This document shows positions 10,481 through 23,358 of a stretch of DNA of 64,000 nt, piece after piece. Within the stretch, counting starts at the first letter, position 1, and every line of letters starts with the position of its first letter. Made by a program: the position numbers and the translations under genes. The stretch covers positions 36,146,001 to 36,210,000 of the forward strand of contig CM060734.1 in assembly GCA_030704615.1 (NCBI GenBank), in the 5' to 3' direction. Source of the DNA: Takakia lepidozioides (taxonomy: Eukaryota; Plantae; Bryophyta). Below the pieces are notes generated by a model. It ran no database searches, had not been told where the DNA came from, and worked only from the letters and a program-made list of their open reading frames with translations.

Positions 10481-12400
10481 GTGAAAACCAATGGCCAGCT
10501 TCTCGCTGTGGTGGCAAAGAGAAAATTCATTTTCCTCCTCCCCCACATCATGCAATACAAAGCGCGTGTCAGGCACATACCCTGCCTCCTTCATCTGCCC
10601 AGACAATCTTCTCAGCTCAGCATGGATTTCCTTAATTCTGGGATGCAACTTGTCATCTACGACAAATGTGTGCACCCTATTGCTAACCTGGCTCCTTTCT
10701 AAACCCTCTGACCTTCATCATTCTTATCACCTTTGTAGTATCATCCCACCTGCCAGCTCCAACATAGATGTTTGATAGCAACACATATTGCATCATGTTC
10801 ATCCCACTTGAGGATAGATGTTGCCGCACGTTCAGCCATCTCCACATTGCCATGGATTCTGCAGGCACCAAGCAAGGCCTTCCACACCACAACATCTGGA
10901 TTGATTGGCATTTTATTAATCAGGTCCACTGCCTCATCCAGTTGTCCTGCACGTCCAAGAAGGTCCACCATGTAGCCAAAGTGCTTTACTGTCGGAGTGA
11001 CACCATGATCTTGACTCAAGGAATCGAAGTGGCGTCTTCCTTCATTGAGTAGGTCAGTGTGGCTGCATGCAGAGAGAACACATATAAAGGTGATACTGTC
11101 TGGCTTCAAGCCGTTCTTGTACATTGAAGGACCTCCGTATGACAACCATGCTGGGCATATCCTGCGATCATCGCATTCCATGACACCACATTTCGTTCAG
11201 CCATATTGTCAAATACTCCCTTTGTATCCTCAATGCACCCACATTTCGCATACATATCCATCAGGGCAGTGTCCAGAATGACATGTGGTACAATTCCAGC
11301 TTTGATGATTGTCACCATGGACTTCTTTGCCATTTTCCAGGGCTACCGGGCTTGCACAAGCATTACAAACGCACACAAACGTGATGTGGTTGCACTTCAC
11401 CCCTTCCCCCATCATTTGCTCATAGGTTTCCAAGGCCTCCGTCCCACGCCCCTGCTGTGTAGATCCTGCAAGCATCGCATTCCACAACACCAAATCTCGT
11501 TCAGCCATATTTTTGAACACTCCCACCGCATCCTCAATGCTCCCACATTTGGCATGTATGTCCACGAGGGTATTGTTCAAAATCACATCTGGTACAATTC
11601 CAGCTTTGGTGATGCAACCATGCACCTCTTTACCCTTTTCCAGAGGTGCCAGGCTTGCACACGCATTGCAAATGCACAGAAACGTGATGTGGTCGGGCTT
11701 GACCCCTTCCCCCATCATTTGATCACAGGTCTCCAAAGCCTCACTACCACGTCCCTACTGTGGATATGACACCACATCTCGTTCAGCCATAGTGTTGAAA
11801 ACTCCCTTTGCATCCTTAATGCACCCACGCTTGGTAAATCCTGCCAACATTATATTCCACGTGATCAAAGATTGTTGAACACTTGGTGAGCATCCATGAT
11901 GCTCCCGCACTTAACATACATGTTGACAAGGGTGTTGAGTAGAAAAACATTTGGCGTGAATCCACTTTGGATAATGTGAGTGTGCACCTGCTTTCCAGCT
12001 TCAAGGCCTTTCATCTTGATGCACTTATGCAAGAGACAGACATACGTATCTCTCCCTCTCTTGTTCCTCTTCCAGAGGCTGTGGTCATGGTTGAGGTGCC
12101 TGATTTTATCAACTATGCCCCTCTTGGATGAATCTGGACCCACACTCTATCCCTTCTCCTTCAGCTATCCATGCATCTGCACAAAGCATGCATTCATCTT
12201 TTCCCTTGCTGCTAGCAGCTGACAATGACAACCTAGGAAACACCCAATCACACTAGTTCCTATGCTGAATTGCGTCTGCTACTCTTTGTCATCTAACAGG
12301 GATTCAACTTTTTGCCTCGGTTGTCCCACCACCATTGACTGGGGTCAACAAAGTATTCATTCCACACCTTCTCTCTGTTAACTGTTTTTGGATACTTTTC
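10481..12400 (-). pseudogene. PLS-PPR-E-DYW C-to-U RNA-editing factor pseudogene; DYW domain truncated after HSEKLAI
   Basis: PLS repeats 11045-12040; E domain 'MVDLLGRAGQLDEA...PDVVVWKALLGACRIHGN...YVLLSNIY...KEPG'; DYW start 'HTFVVDDKLHP...GYVPDTRFVLHDVGEEE...CHHSEKLAIGF'. Upstream 'VWNEYFVDPSQWWWDNRGKKLNP' at ~12300-12370. Confidence 0.9.
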
Positions 12401-13879
12401 TGTTATCACATTGGCAGTATCATGTCAAAGTCACTCCAAACCAGATTCACTCAACCAGCTAACTTGTAGAATTCAACATAGAAATTTAGGGCCGACTCTG
12501 ACAAGAGAGAAAAACAGGGTGAAATGTGTTGAAGAAGGTGCCTTCATTAGCAATGCCTTGTTCTATCATTTGTGCCGCTGCCGCTGCTGTTCCAATTGAC
12601 CATCTACGCAACAATATTTGACAGCCACAAAAGCTAATCCATCAATTGTATAGTGGGAAAATAGACTCGTGATCTTGCAAGACCTTGTCCATGTACAAAT
12701 ATCATAGAGTGTCTACTGCAGCCCCCTGTTCTGAGAGACATTCTCTGCTGCGTGAAATCAGGGACTATCACACAACGGGATGGATCAACGAATAGGACAA
12801 TTGCTTGTGCCTCACAAACAACATGCATTGAAATTCCAGTGTCAACTTGATATAGATGGACCTACAGAGACAATTTGCTGCTCGCTTCATTTGTTGTTGC
12901 AAAAAGCAGTCAAGATGACAAGAGATTTTGGTACAACCAGAAAACAATCTCAACAAGTCAATTGTGGTCATAAGATACATTTTTCTAGTCTCTGCCATAT
13001 TTCCGAAATGCTTGATAGAAGAGCTCCAGGACCTCTTTGTTCCAGGGAGGTCCAAGCATGTCCGACAATTTGCGCTTCTGATTACGAGCCCGCCCACTCA
13101 CCTTAGTCCCATAACTAGCATTCAAGCAGCATCCAAAATTGCTACAATGACTGCAAATTTCACATCTGAGACAAAGTCCAACCCCTGTAACCCTCTGTCT
13201 CTGGAATCAAATCTGTTCACAAATGTATACCAAAAGGTCATATTTTCTTCTTGGAGGAATGGTTATGGAATCAAACCATGCAAGCTTCAGAACATGACAA
13301 GGTAAATTAGACAACCTGTCTAAACAGTTTTTTTACTGAATAAAGGCCCTTCACTTTAACCACTTCCCTCACTACAGAATGAGGGACTAAAGGGTCCTTC
13401 AGATCCCGATCAACTAGTAAATCTCAGGGACACTAACACACAGATGGATTCCTATAACACATATGGTTATATCCAAATTGCATCATTATCACCACGTTTG
13501 ATAAAAACAATGGTCACAAAAATAATGGCCAAGAAGGCTAAAACATGGAAACAGAGCAACCTTCAGCTTTGAATGTCAGTCTCACAATTGCATTTATTGT
13601 TTCCAGTGAACACTGGTTATAGGGAGGTTATGGCAGACAGACAGCAATTACAATCTAGTCAATGTAAGATTAGGTTTGAAACTTGGGTTTAGCTTCAAGC
13701 AAATGTGGGACTTTTGCAACCAGACACAACCTGACATACCCTTCGTGCTCATGGAAAATCAATCATGGAGACTCACTGTGCGGGTCTGAAACAAGGAAGT
13801 AAGGTGTAATCTAAGCTGCACTTTTCTTCTTTCCCACCCAATCACGAGTGAAAGCTTCCGATTCCGTCTGCAAGAAACT

Positions 13880-14010
13880 CCTCCCCATTTGTTGTCTTTT
13901 CGAATCATAGGTAATCTGGAGCTTGAAATCCGGCCCTTTTGGATGAATCTGGACCCACACTCGATCCCTGCTCCTTCAGCTATCCATGCCTGTGCTTGCA
14001 AGGTGAACGA
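13880..14010 (-). pseudogene. Another fragment of the PDF-like PPR leader
   Basis: Encodes 'VWVQIHPKGPDFKLQITYDS'. Nucleotide similarity to 9635-9660, 12120-12175 and (inverted) 41095-41190. Confidence 0.65.
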
Positions 14011-14576
14011 TGGCGGAAAAGGCAAAGCTCCTGCAGTTCAAGAAGATCAAGATCCGGGCATTGCGGGCAGTTCCAAAAACGTTGGCGCGGCGATTTCTAT
14101 TGGTCTTCGCGTGGGCCGTCCGGGCAGATTCCAAAGAAATTGACGACGACGATGACCTGGCTACGATGACGTGGCACTATAGCACCCTATTCCTGCTCTA
14201 TGCTAAACTAGCTTCCGACCTTCGGTCATCGCTAGAATTTTTAAGTAATTAATAGTGAAACCGAGGTAAGAGGGGGTGGGAAGGATTTGACAGGGGCCCC
14301 GCTGGAGGAGCCCAGGCTGCCGGAATCCGGCGAAAGTGCCGTCAGATTGTTTGAACCTGTAACCCCAGGCTCCTTTATTTTATTTTATTTTATTTTTCAT
14401 CTTTTCAAAGGGGACAGGGGCCCTTAGAATATCATATTAGAAGCTTCAGGGAAAAATTAACCATGACAGGGCCATGAGGCGTGTCCCTACATGTGGTAGC
14501 ACGTAGGCAACAACCTATTTGGCGATGATAAAAAAATTCACAAAATGTAAAATATAAATTGGCCAATTGGTCCACG

Positions 14577-14618
<42 letters not shown>
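14577..14618 (+). repeat. Poly(A) tract (~42 nt)
   Basis: Directly visible homopolymer. Confidence 0.9.
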
Positions 14619-14619
<1 letters not shown>

Positions 14620-15149
14620 AGCAACAATAGAGTAAGGTGTATCACTTCAGAGGGAAATTGGTCATTTTATATCTCTCAATTTCACATGCAAAGCAACCCC
14701 CAAAATTCTTTAGGTATGGCTCTGCAAATTCTATTTACAGACCATTGTCCAAGCATGTCTATTCTCCAAATTTCAGATGGAAGATTACACTACTTCTGCT
14801 GCAGAATATATATGCATGTCTGTCTCGGAGCATAAACATGTTTATTCTACACATGTAAGAAGGGCGGCTATGGTTCAACTACAGTGAACACAGCTTTTAG
14901 ATGCCACACAATTTGAATCTGGAAGGCATTCTCCTATGAAAAATCCACAACTTTGCGGAAATGCTTGGTCAAATCAAATTTTGGGACCACAGGTCCACAG
15001 CTCAGTTGGAGAGTGAGTGCATCGAGTGTCATCCAGATGATTCTGAGGTCAAATTCTGCTACATTGTTGGGTGTGGTGTGTTCTTCTTCCCCACCCTTGG
15101 GCATGAGAAAACATTCACGGCGAGGTTATTGTGAAAGAGATTAACCGAT

Positions 15150-15520
15150 TTTATCCAAAAAGAAAAATAAACTGAATCTGGTGTGTTCAAAATTGTGTTT
15201 TTTTTTGCTACAATTCCAATTCGCATCTGCTTCTCAGTTGTTGTTCTCTTTGCGCGCACGATATTCGTTGCTTGGATCTTCATCACCTGCCTTTTTTCAA
15301 AAAAAACAATTAAGAAAAAATCGAGACAACCAGAGCTAGCAATCCCAATCCCCCCCTCCCCCTCCTCCCTCCCAAAAAACAAATGAGGGAAAAAAAAAAA
15401 ACTGGACCGTTGGAACCGCCTATGCTGGCAATCCCGACTTTATCCAAAATAATAATACTAATAATAAATTTTGGACCGTTAGTATTGGTGGTCCCGATTT
15501 TATTTAAATCAATAATTAGT
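15150..15520. repeat. Degenerate subterminal-type repeats (consensus about AAATCGGGACCGCCAGAGCTGGCGGTCCCG), same family as 60430-61130
   Basis: Repeated palindromic motifs such as 'atcgagacaaccagagctagcaatccc' and 'ggaccgttagtattggtggtcccgatttt', separated by A/T tracts. Confidence 0.5.
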
Positions 15521-17394
15521 TATGATTTATTAAATAAGTTCCCTCTTTCACAATATATGTGGTTGATATATATTACATGGAGCCTTAGGTTCTCTAACCC
15601 CCACATGGCACACACATATGAATTATATTTATAATTGACATGTCATATATATATTATATATAAAAAATACATTTGTATTGAAGTGAGATGGGGGAGTTTG
15701 GCATGTGTGTTTACTACCTAGTATCCTCACCCAATGCAGGCCGGAAATGGAAATAAGCTTTGTTTCGTTATTTCTCCGCCAAATATCATTGAAGAACCAA
15801 GATATATGTGTTTGGAGGTATTCATATACGTGAAACATCCATCAACTATTGATCATTGAATTGAATCAATGACTGGGGTCATGGTTTTGGTTGTGTTTAG
15901 TTTGACTTCTACCTAATTAGGACTTTATACATTTATATTTATATTTTTGTTGGCATTGGGACTGCATATTGTTCATATCACTATAATATGAATCCAGAAT
16001 TAATTCACAAGAGCTACAATATTTATTGTTGTGCATGTGCATGTTTGTTTTGTTTTCGTTTTTGTTTTTGTTTTTGTTTTTTTTTTGTATGTGAACTGAT
16101 AAATTTACAAAAAGTCGTATTCATCTCAAATTTAAATCCTAATATCGTTTTTTGAAATGTCAAGTTATTTTACCACTAATGTGAAGTTAGCTAGGAAATA
16201 GCTAGCTTTTATATATCGACATTTGGATTGACCCAGGGGCCAATATATGTTTGGGCACCTGACGTTGTTATCTTCACGACAGATCGCGGGGGGCTCATCT
16301 TTCTCGAGTTGAGCTTCACTGCATCTAGCTATGGCGCCGTAGTGTGGATTCCTCATGGCGTGGGGTGCACTTGGCTTGACTTAATATATGAGTGATGTTT
16401 TCATGTGCAAGTGAGTGAGTTTGAGAGAGCTTGTATGCTTATATCATTCCTTTCTTTATCACTCGAGAAAGATGAGTTCGAGTCTGTGAGTGTCAGGTTC
16501 GTGTTAGTTGTAGCACTTGTGTTTTCAGATCATGAGAAGCGGTTCAGCCTAGAGTGCAAAGATCCGTGCGTGAGCCTATCCAAAGTGGATAAAGTACAAA
16601 TGCGAACAGGTTGCAGGTTTGCAATGGATAGAGAGGCGGGTAGCCTATGTTGAAGAGTAGCATTGCATAGCTCAACGCTATGACAACCAAGTTTGGGCTT
16701 CTAGTGTGAAGCGGAGGAGATGCTGGCCACGAGTGGGCGAACTGGTGGTCGTCTTCTTCAGCTGTAGACCGAGTTAAGGAGCTAAAGGAATGTGGGCTGT
16801 GCATGGAAAGCTAGCGTGTTGCAGGTTGGAGATGATATGATCAGCTCCTAGTTGTTGCGGGTAGATAAGGAGCAGCCAAAATGGTGGAGTTGCCAAGGGG
16901 AGGTCACTTCCAAATATTACCACTTGACGTGCAAAAAAATATAGGGTGCCGAAAATTCTGAGAAAATAAAATTTAGAATATATTTAGAAATACTATAGGG
17001 TACTAATATATTGGCGGCACCACATTTAAATTAAAATAGGGTCCAAAATAAAGACGTATTTAAAAAAAATTAAAACTAATATATGGTGAAGATAAATTTA
17101 AGGGACACATGTCGTTCAGTGACACGCAGTGGAGAGGGCGTAGGCGCATGTGCACAACAACCCTAGGCTTCCCTCTCTCCTGTCGGCTGCAATTCGTGGC
17201 GGAATTATGCTAAACAGACAGAGAGAAAGGGTTGTGCGCTCAGTGGTGCAAGCATTGTGGCCCACATGTTTTGAAACTCGCAGGGCGTGACAATGGAGAA
17301 GCGTAGATTGAGGGGGAAGGATGGCAACACAAGCATGGCGGCCCATAGGTTTTGAGAGACATGGTGGATAGGCAGAATACAAAAAATGAGAAGA

Positions 17395-17657
17395 AAAGTA
17401 GGGAGCAGGTGGGGGTCTCTCGACAACCAGTTGATCTCCTTAACAAGCCAGCCACAACAATCATGGTGTTTCTCAACTACTTCTCAAAATCTAGAGGGCG
17501 GCATCTGAAATTCAAATATGATATAACTGACAACAAGTGGATAGACATAAATTCGATTATCAGTTCAATTACTATGAGATTTGATTTTGCTCAGAACCTT
17601 TATACTTTAAATGATGTTGATGCATCTACTTTGGATAAATTTGTTTTCAACAAATAA
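17395..17657 (+). pseudogene. C-terminal fragment of a probable DNA-transposon protein, flanked by GC-rich short repeats (17690-17990)
   Basis: Open, protein-like 'IMVFLNYFSKSRGRHLKFKYDITDNKWIDINSIISSITM'; no catalytic motif seen. Confidence 0.3.
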
Positions 17658-19310
17658 AAAATTTCATTACCTCCGCAGAAGCCATAGCTTGGCAGCAGGT
17701 GCAGGAGCAAACCCCAGTTTGGGGAGAGCTCGGGAACGCATGGGAACGCATGTGGAGTTCCTGGGAACGCAGGGAACTGTTGACCGTGACCGTGGGAAGC
17801 CGTGGTGCGGACACCACAGGTTGGCACGGTAACCAAATCGTGGGGATGGCGGGCTGTGAAGGCTCGTGGGCGTGGTACCACGGGGTATCACGGGGCAGGC
17901 CGTGGTCAACGAGCGCCTAGGGTGGGTCATGAGGAGTCGTGGCGGTTAGAGCCACGGAAGGCCGCGAACAGGCAGAGTGAAAAAATAAATAAAAAATAAT
18001 TTTTTAAAAAAATCACTCGTTTCGTGGGACCTTGAGGGGGAGGCTGGGCTCTGAAGAACAACGGTTTTGAGCTAGCTGATCCGGCAGAAAAGTCGGAATT
18101 TCCTGTTGCGTTTTAACAAAGGGGATTACTTCCCTGCAGGTAATCTTTTCGGGTTTTCAGCCCAATTCTTAACTATGGGGGAGACCAACCTGCAGGTAAT
18201 TCCTTTGGACAGAATGTTGTTGGGGCCTATATGTACCTCTATTTGCTCCATTTTTTAACCTTCAGTGAATGGCGTGGTTTCCTGAGGTGGTTCCATTCTG
18301 AGGAATGGTTGGTGGACGTAAGGAGGCACTGGCGGACCCTGTGGAGGCTTACATGGGGCCTTGGAGGCCAAGTTTCATGAGCTCGTGGAGGGCGGTTTGA
18401 GGAGTGTCTACAAGATGCTCTCATGGTCATGCGAGTGAGAGAAGAGAGGAAAAGAGAGGGTGTTGGGATGAGATCGTGCTTGGGATAGGCATTGCTTTAG
18501 TTTCCGTTCCTCGTAGCTTTCCACCTTCTCTGTAGGCCGAGACCTTTCCGTAGGTGGAGGCAAGAATCAGTCCGGGTTTGGGCTGGGTTGTAGGAGCGAC
18601 ACTGTGGAGTTGTTTTTGGTGGGGGGGAGTTGTTGTTTTCATTCTTGTATTTGGATCCCCTCCACACTTGCATGCTTGATTGTGCGCTATGCTAATTTTG
18701 TGTAGGCGCTTGATTTTATAGGTGGTTGACTTGGGCTTGATCGCTGATCCAACCCTAGAGCATGCTGTTGATGGTGAGGCTGGGTTGATGACCAATCAGA
18801 CCATCTTTGTTTCTCATGTTGTGAGGTTGGAGGTGATGACCAGCCAACCATAGGAGTGCCTGCGGTGGATGCACGTGCAGATGCAGGCTATGTTAGGAAC
18901 CTAGTATTCCAAACCATAAGCCGCATCAGGTTCTCTACCCGGATACCTTGTGGAGAGGGGGTTAGAGACAAGTTCATGACCGGTTGAGTATCAGTTTGTC
19001 AACACGGAGGTGCCACTAGTTGCTGGGGAAAGTGCCGGTACGAGCACTAGTGATACTAACGCGTATAAAGACGAGGTGTGCGGTTTAGGTCACCTTCATC
19101 TCCTGTGTCTTCTACGGAAGGTTCTGATTCGGATTGTGAATCAGGAGAACTCACACCGACGGTGCAAGTTGTTTCATTGTCATTGTTGTGGGACATAATG
19201 GAGGAGATTTATGGAGCCACCAAGGGGCCACGAAGATACTCTGGGGCGGTGGGCACCATTGAGTTGGATGATTTTAACCAAGAGTTTAAAGTTGGTGTGA
19301 CTTGTAGCAA

Positions 19311-20290
19311 ATGCGCAATCCACAACTGTTTACGCCTTTTATGGCATGGAAGGGGCTGTTTCAGCACCTTGAGGGGCCGCCCATGGATGATTACCATGAG
19401 TTTACGCGGGGGCACGATGTTGAGATCGAGGAGTGGAGGAGGATGTACTGGTCACTTGACTATGTCTCCATCACTAGAGGCACTAGAGGCACAAGGGCAG
19501 CAGCCACACCGGCAGTTGCACCAGCAGCTGCAGCTTCCACGAGCAGTAGTGGGACTAGTGGTACAATAACTACGACATCCACCCAAGCTACTGCTGCACC
19601 AGCACCAGTGGCGGTAGCTGCCTTCAACCCTGTTGTGGAGTTCTTTGAAGAGTTGAGAAGGAACTACCAAAGGGTGAGGACAGAGAAGTTAAGGAGCTTG
19701 CAAGAGTTCCAACGGAAGCCTACTGAGAGCTTGAGGGAGGCTTTCACTCGCATGAGGCGCTTGATTAATGTAACCCAAGGGGTTACGGAAGCTCAGGAAG
19801 TCCAATTCTGGTATGGGATATTGAACAAGGAGCTGAGGAGAAGAGTGCGGGATGCAACTCTCCTACAAGCGGCCCAACCCACCTTAGTAAATGTGTTTTT
19901 GCTGGCAGAGCGGATAGAGCTCAACATGGTGGAGGAACGAGTGGTCATGGTGGGATTTGCTAAGGAGGCACCACGGGGTAGTGGTGCTCCTAGCCAGCCA
20001 CTACCTCAACGTGCTCAAGGCAACAAGGGGGCTCAGGTGAAGCCCAAGGAAGGGCAGTGAGGACCTCAGATGCAGGGGTCTCTCTCTTCATTTGCAAGCC
20101 AACAACAGGCGGATGTGGTGTGCTGGACATGTGGAGGACCCCATGTCAAGAAGGATTGCCCAGAAGGAGGCAATGGTTTGGCACCGGCACAACCTGCACA
20201 GTTGCAGTGTGGGCATTGTAGCAAGTACGGGCATGGAGAGGCCCAGTACTATGGTTTGCATCCTGAGTTGCGCCCAGACCAGTTCTAAGG
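19311..20290 (+). pseudogene. gag: gag (Retrotrans_gag-like plus two zinc knuckles)
   Basis: 'LQEFQRKPTESLREAFTRMRRLI...FWYGILNKELRRRV', knuckles CWTCGGPHVKKDC and CGHCSKYGHGEAQY; in-frame stop at 20058-20060. Confidence 0.85.
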
Positions 20291-21149
20291 GAACAATGGT
20301 GGCCGGGGGCGAGGTGGAGCAGCCTAGAGAGGACGAGGTGCAGGCCAAGGGCAAGCTCAACATGGCCAAGGACGCGGAGGTCAGGGTGGTGACCAAGGCA
20401 TGGCCAACCGGCTTCAGCAGCTAGAGTAGAGGCTTGCTGCCATGGCCACAGCTCATGTGGTACCGGCTCCAAGGCCGGATGGTCCATCTCTTGCTCCTGA
20501 GGGAGGAGATATGAGAGGCATGGGATTCATATGCGGGGCAACACTACCACTAGTGAGGGGTGCCACTACCACTACCACTGTGTGCGGGGCAGCACTACCA
20601 CTAGTGCAAGTGGAGTCAGCTGCGGCAGTGACTCGAGGAGCAGCACGAGTTCTTGAGCTACGGGGTGCGGAGGTGGAGGTGGAGGTGGATCCACAGCGTG
20701 GGGAGGCAAGCCATCAAGCCAGACTTCCTCAGTCATTCACATTGGCGGAGACAGTATTGACGCCATCCATGGCACCTAGTTCTCGCCCGACTGTTACCAA
20801 GGCGGAGGTTACTATGCCATTGGGGAGAGCTACACGGGCAACACCACTACTTAGTGTTGCCAAGGCTACGACAGCTAGTGTGCTGCTAGGGGCGGCCACA
20901 GCTGTGTGCCAGGCTCCATTGTTATTAGCTACCATGATTGCGACGCCGGGGGTAGGACCAGCTGAGGTGTTCAAACTGACAGCTGCACTCTGTGAGAGTA
21001 GGGAGGTTACTTCATCTTCTGCGGAGATAGTGGGAGGAGTAGTGCCGGAGGGATCCTCGAATATGAGGGTCAAGACTGCCACGGCGGTGCCATGACAAGC
21101 TGTAGCTGCCAGGTTGGCGAAGCTGCCAGCTAGGCCAGCCATTGAGCGT

Positions 21150-21533
21150 GCCATGGTGACACCTGGAGTTGTCATGTTAGACAACCAGGATGACATTTTC
21201 TGTTTGAGTGGACCGGCAGGCAAGAAGTACCGGCCACTGAGAGTCTTGTTGGACTCGAGAGTTTAGCCATTGATGCTGGGCAGAGCTGCTATTGCAGGCT
21301 TGGGCCTCACGGAGGCGGATATGGAGCCGTGCCCTTTCCAGATACAGACATTGGGAGGATCAGAGCAGGCTTGGGGCATGACACGGCGTGAGTTGGCTAT
21401 CCGACTACAGCTGGATCATCCTACAGATGGCTCACAGATGAGAGCCAAGGCCATAGTGACAGATGCGGTCTCGTACGATGTCCTTGTTGGTGGGGCAGTA
21501 TTGTACCCCATGGGCTTCACCCTGGATTTTTGA
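21150..21533 (+). pseudogene. Aspartic protease (degenerate)
   Basis: 'RVLLDSRV*PLMLG' (DSG changed to DSR) ... 'YDVLVGGAVLYPMG'. Confidence 0.7.
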
Positions 21534-21902
21534 TAAGAGTCAGCTTCCTAAAGGCCTAGATGGCAGTCAGGGGAGGGCCGACGTGTGCAGCTCCTGTGAC
21601 GTTTATAAGAGGAGTTGCAGTTGCCCAGCGAGGGAAGATGCCGACACTGACGACATTCACAGCTGCAATGAGTTGGCCTGAAGAGTTGCTTGAGGGCAAC
21701 GCTCATTCAGAGGATGTGTCACCTCCGGGAGAGCAGGATGACATGTATGGTATGGTGGCGTTGCCTGCCATGGTTGCTCACACTCCATTGTGGGGCTCGA
21801 GCAAGGATTTGCAGCGGGTTGCGTGTGCAACAAGCCTAGGTAGAGGCTTTTGTACCGTCAGGAGAGGATGACAGTGCGGGGATTGCACCAGGACCACCTC
21901 AG

Positions 21903-23000
21903 TTGTCACCATTGGACACCACACCGATCGTGTGGCAGTGTCTGGATGAAGGCATTTGCCTTTTGGACTTGTTTGGTGGGATCAGTACCGGATTGGTTGC
22001 TGTGCTACAGGCAGGTGTACGGGTGCGGTGTTACTTGTATGTGGAGAGGGATGAGACTGCACTACGCATCTTACTCCGTCATGTTGCTCAGTTGGTGCAG
22101 CAGTACCCTGAGTTATTTCCGGTGTCTGCAGTTCGTGGATATCAGCAGGCCTTGCCAGCAGACATCTCTTTGCTGGGGGCGCAGAATTTGGAGCGGGTTG
22201 GCTCCATTGATTTGGTAGTGGCAGGTTGGCCCTTCCAAGGGCATTCATCAGCCGAGCATGGCAATGGATTGCGAGACTCAAGGTCGGGTTTGTTTTGGGA
22301 GATGGTGTAGGTTTTGCGCTATTTACAGCTTCATCAAGCTGTATCTCCAGCATACATCTTTGAGAATGTGCCACTGATGGGCGATTCTCGGGCCAGAGTG
22401 ATGGCCAGTGTGCATCAATTCCGATCGTGGCTTGGGTCAGCAGTGTTGTTGGATGTAGCTGCAGTGGGGTCACGGGCTCATCGTCCACGGTTATGGTGGA
22501 CTAACTTGATGTCACCCGCACTGCTCAAGCGTGCATTTGATGGGGTGCAGCGGCCAGCATACCTCACAGTGGATAGCATTTTGGACACAAGGAGGCAGTC
22601 TCAGCGTGTGAGACACGATGACCGTTCGCTTTTGGCAATGGTCAACAAAGTGGGTCAACCACGAGCAGCACTACCTACACTGCTCAGTTTCCCAGGATCA
22701 CATGTTTTCCGGGATAGTGGACCTGGCCTCCTGTGGGATGCTCAGCTACAACAGTTAGTGGAGCCTAATGCTGACAAGCGAGAGCGGGCTATGGGTTTTT
22801 CCACTGGGACCACGGTGGTGCCTTCTCTTTCTGAGGCATCACGTCGTCTGGTGTTGGGGGAAGCGATGGATCTCAATTGCTTGACCTGGATTATCAGTTT
22901 GGCTATGGCTGAGCAACGTAGAGTGCGGAGTGCACTTCCCTTGATGGTCTCTCTACCTACCGAGACGGTACAGGCAGTGAGTGGGGGCGAGCCGGTGAGG
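21903..23000 (+). pseudogene. C5 DNA cytosine methyltransferase domain (DNMT3-like), inactivated
   Basis: Motif I 'LDLFGGISTG', II 'YLYVERD', IV 'DLVVAGWPFQG' (catalytic PC read as PF, TTC at 22233-22235), 'GLRDSRSGLFWEM', VI 'YIFENV', VIII 'AHRPRLWWTN', IX 'ERAMGF', X 'LGEAMD'. In-frame TAG at 22308-22310. Confidence 0.9.
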
Positions 23001-23358
23001 ACCATGGGGTGCAGACATCCATGCATGGCACACGTGGGAGGTGCTCGAGGTTCAGAGGGAGTTGACAGCCAAGGCGGCTGTGATGGATGAGGTTGGGGAT
23101 TCTTCTCAGGTTGAGGAGGTCCTCAAGAATGAGATGATGGGGCAGGATGAGGCCTCGTCATTGACTGAGCAGGCATGGAGTACTGCTCAAGAGGTTGCGG
23201 CATAGCAACATAGGACGCGTCCTCTACCTCTAAGTCTGCTGGACTTAAGGTTGCAATTATGGAGGACAATTGGGAGCCTGACATTGGACCCATTGTCACT
23301 GGAGGAGAGAGACGACGTATACGGCGGTTCCTGAGGGCTTACAGGAATTGCCTTCAGT

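Noticed and set aside
7429-12222. Plus-strand ORFs such as 8333..8935 and 11206..11769
   Set aside because: Antisense shadows of the minus-strand PPR repeats.
18929-18950. Canonical PBS for the DNMT-bearing Gypsy
   Set aside because: Sequence after the putative LTR (GGTTCTCTACCCGG) lacks the TGG start, and I could not match it to a tRNA end or to the LTR.
21903-23000. Bacterial restriction-modification methylase or contamination
   Set aside because: It is in the gag-pol frame between retroelement PR and RT, decayed in the same way, and has no cognate endonuclease.
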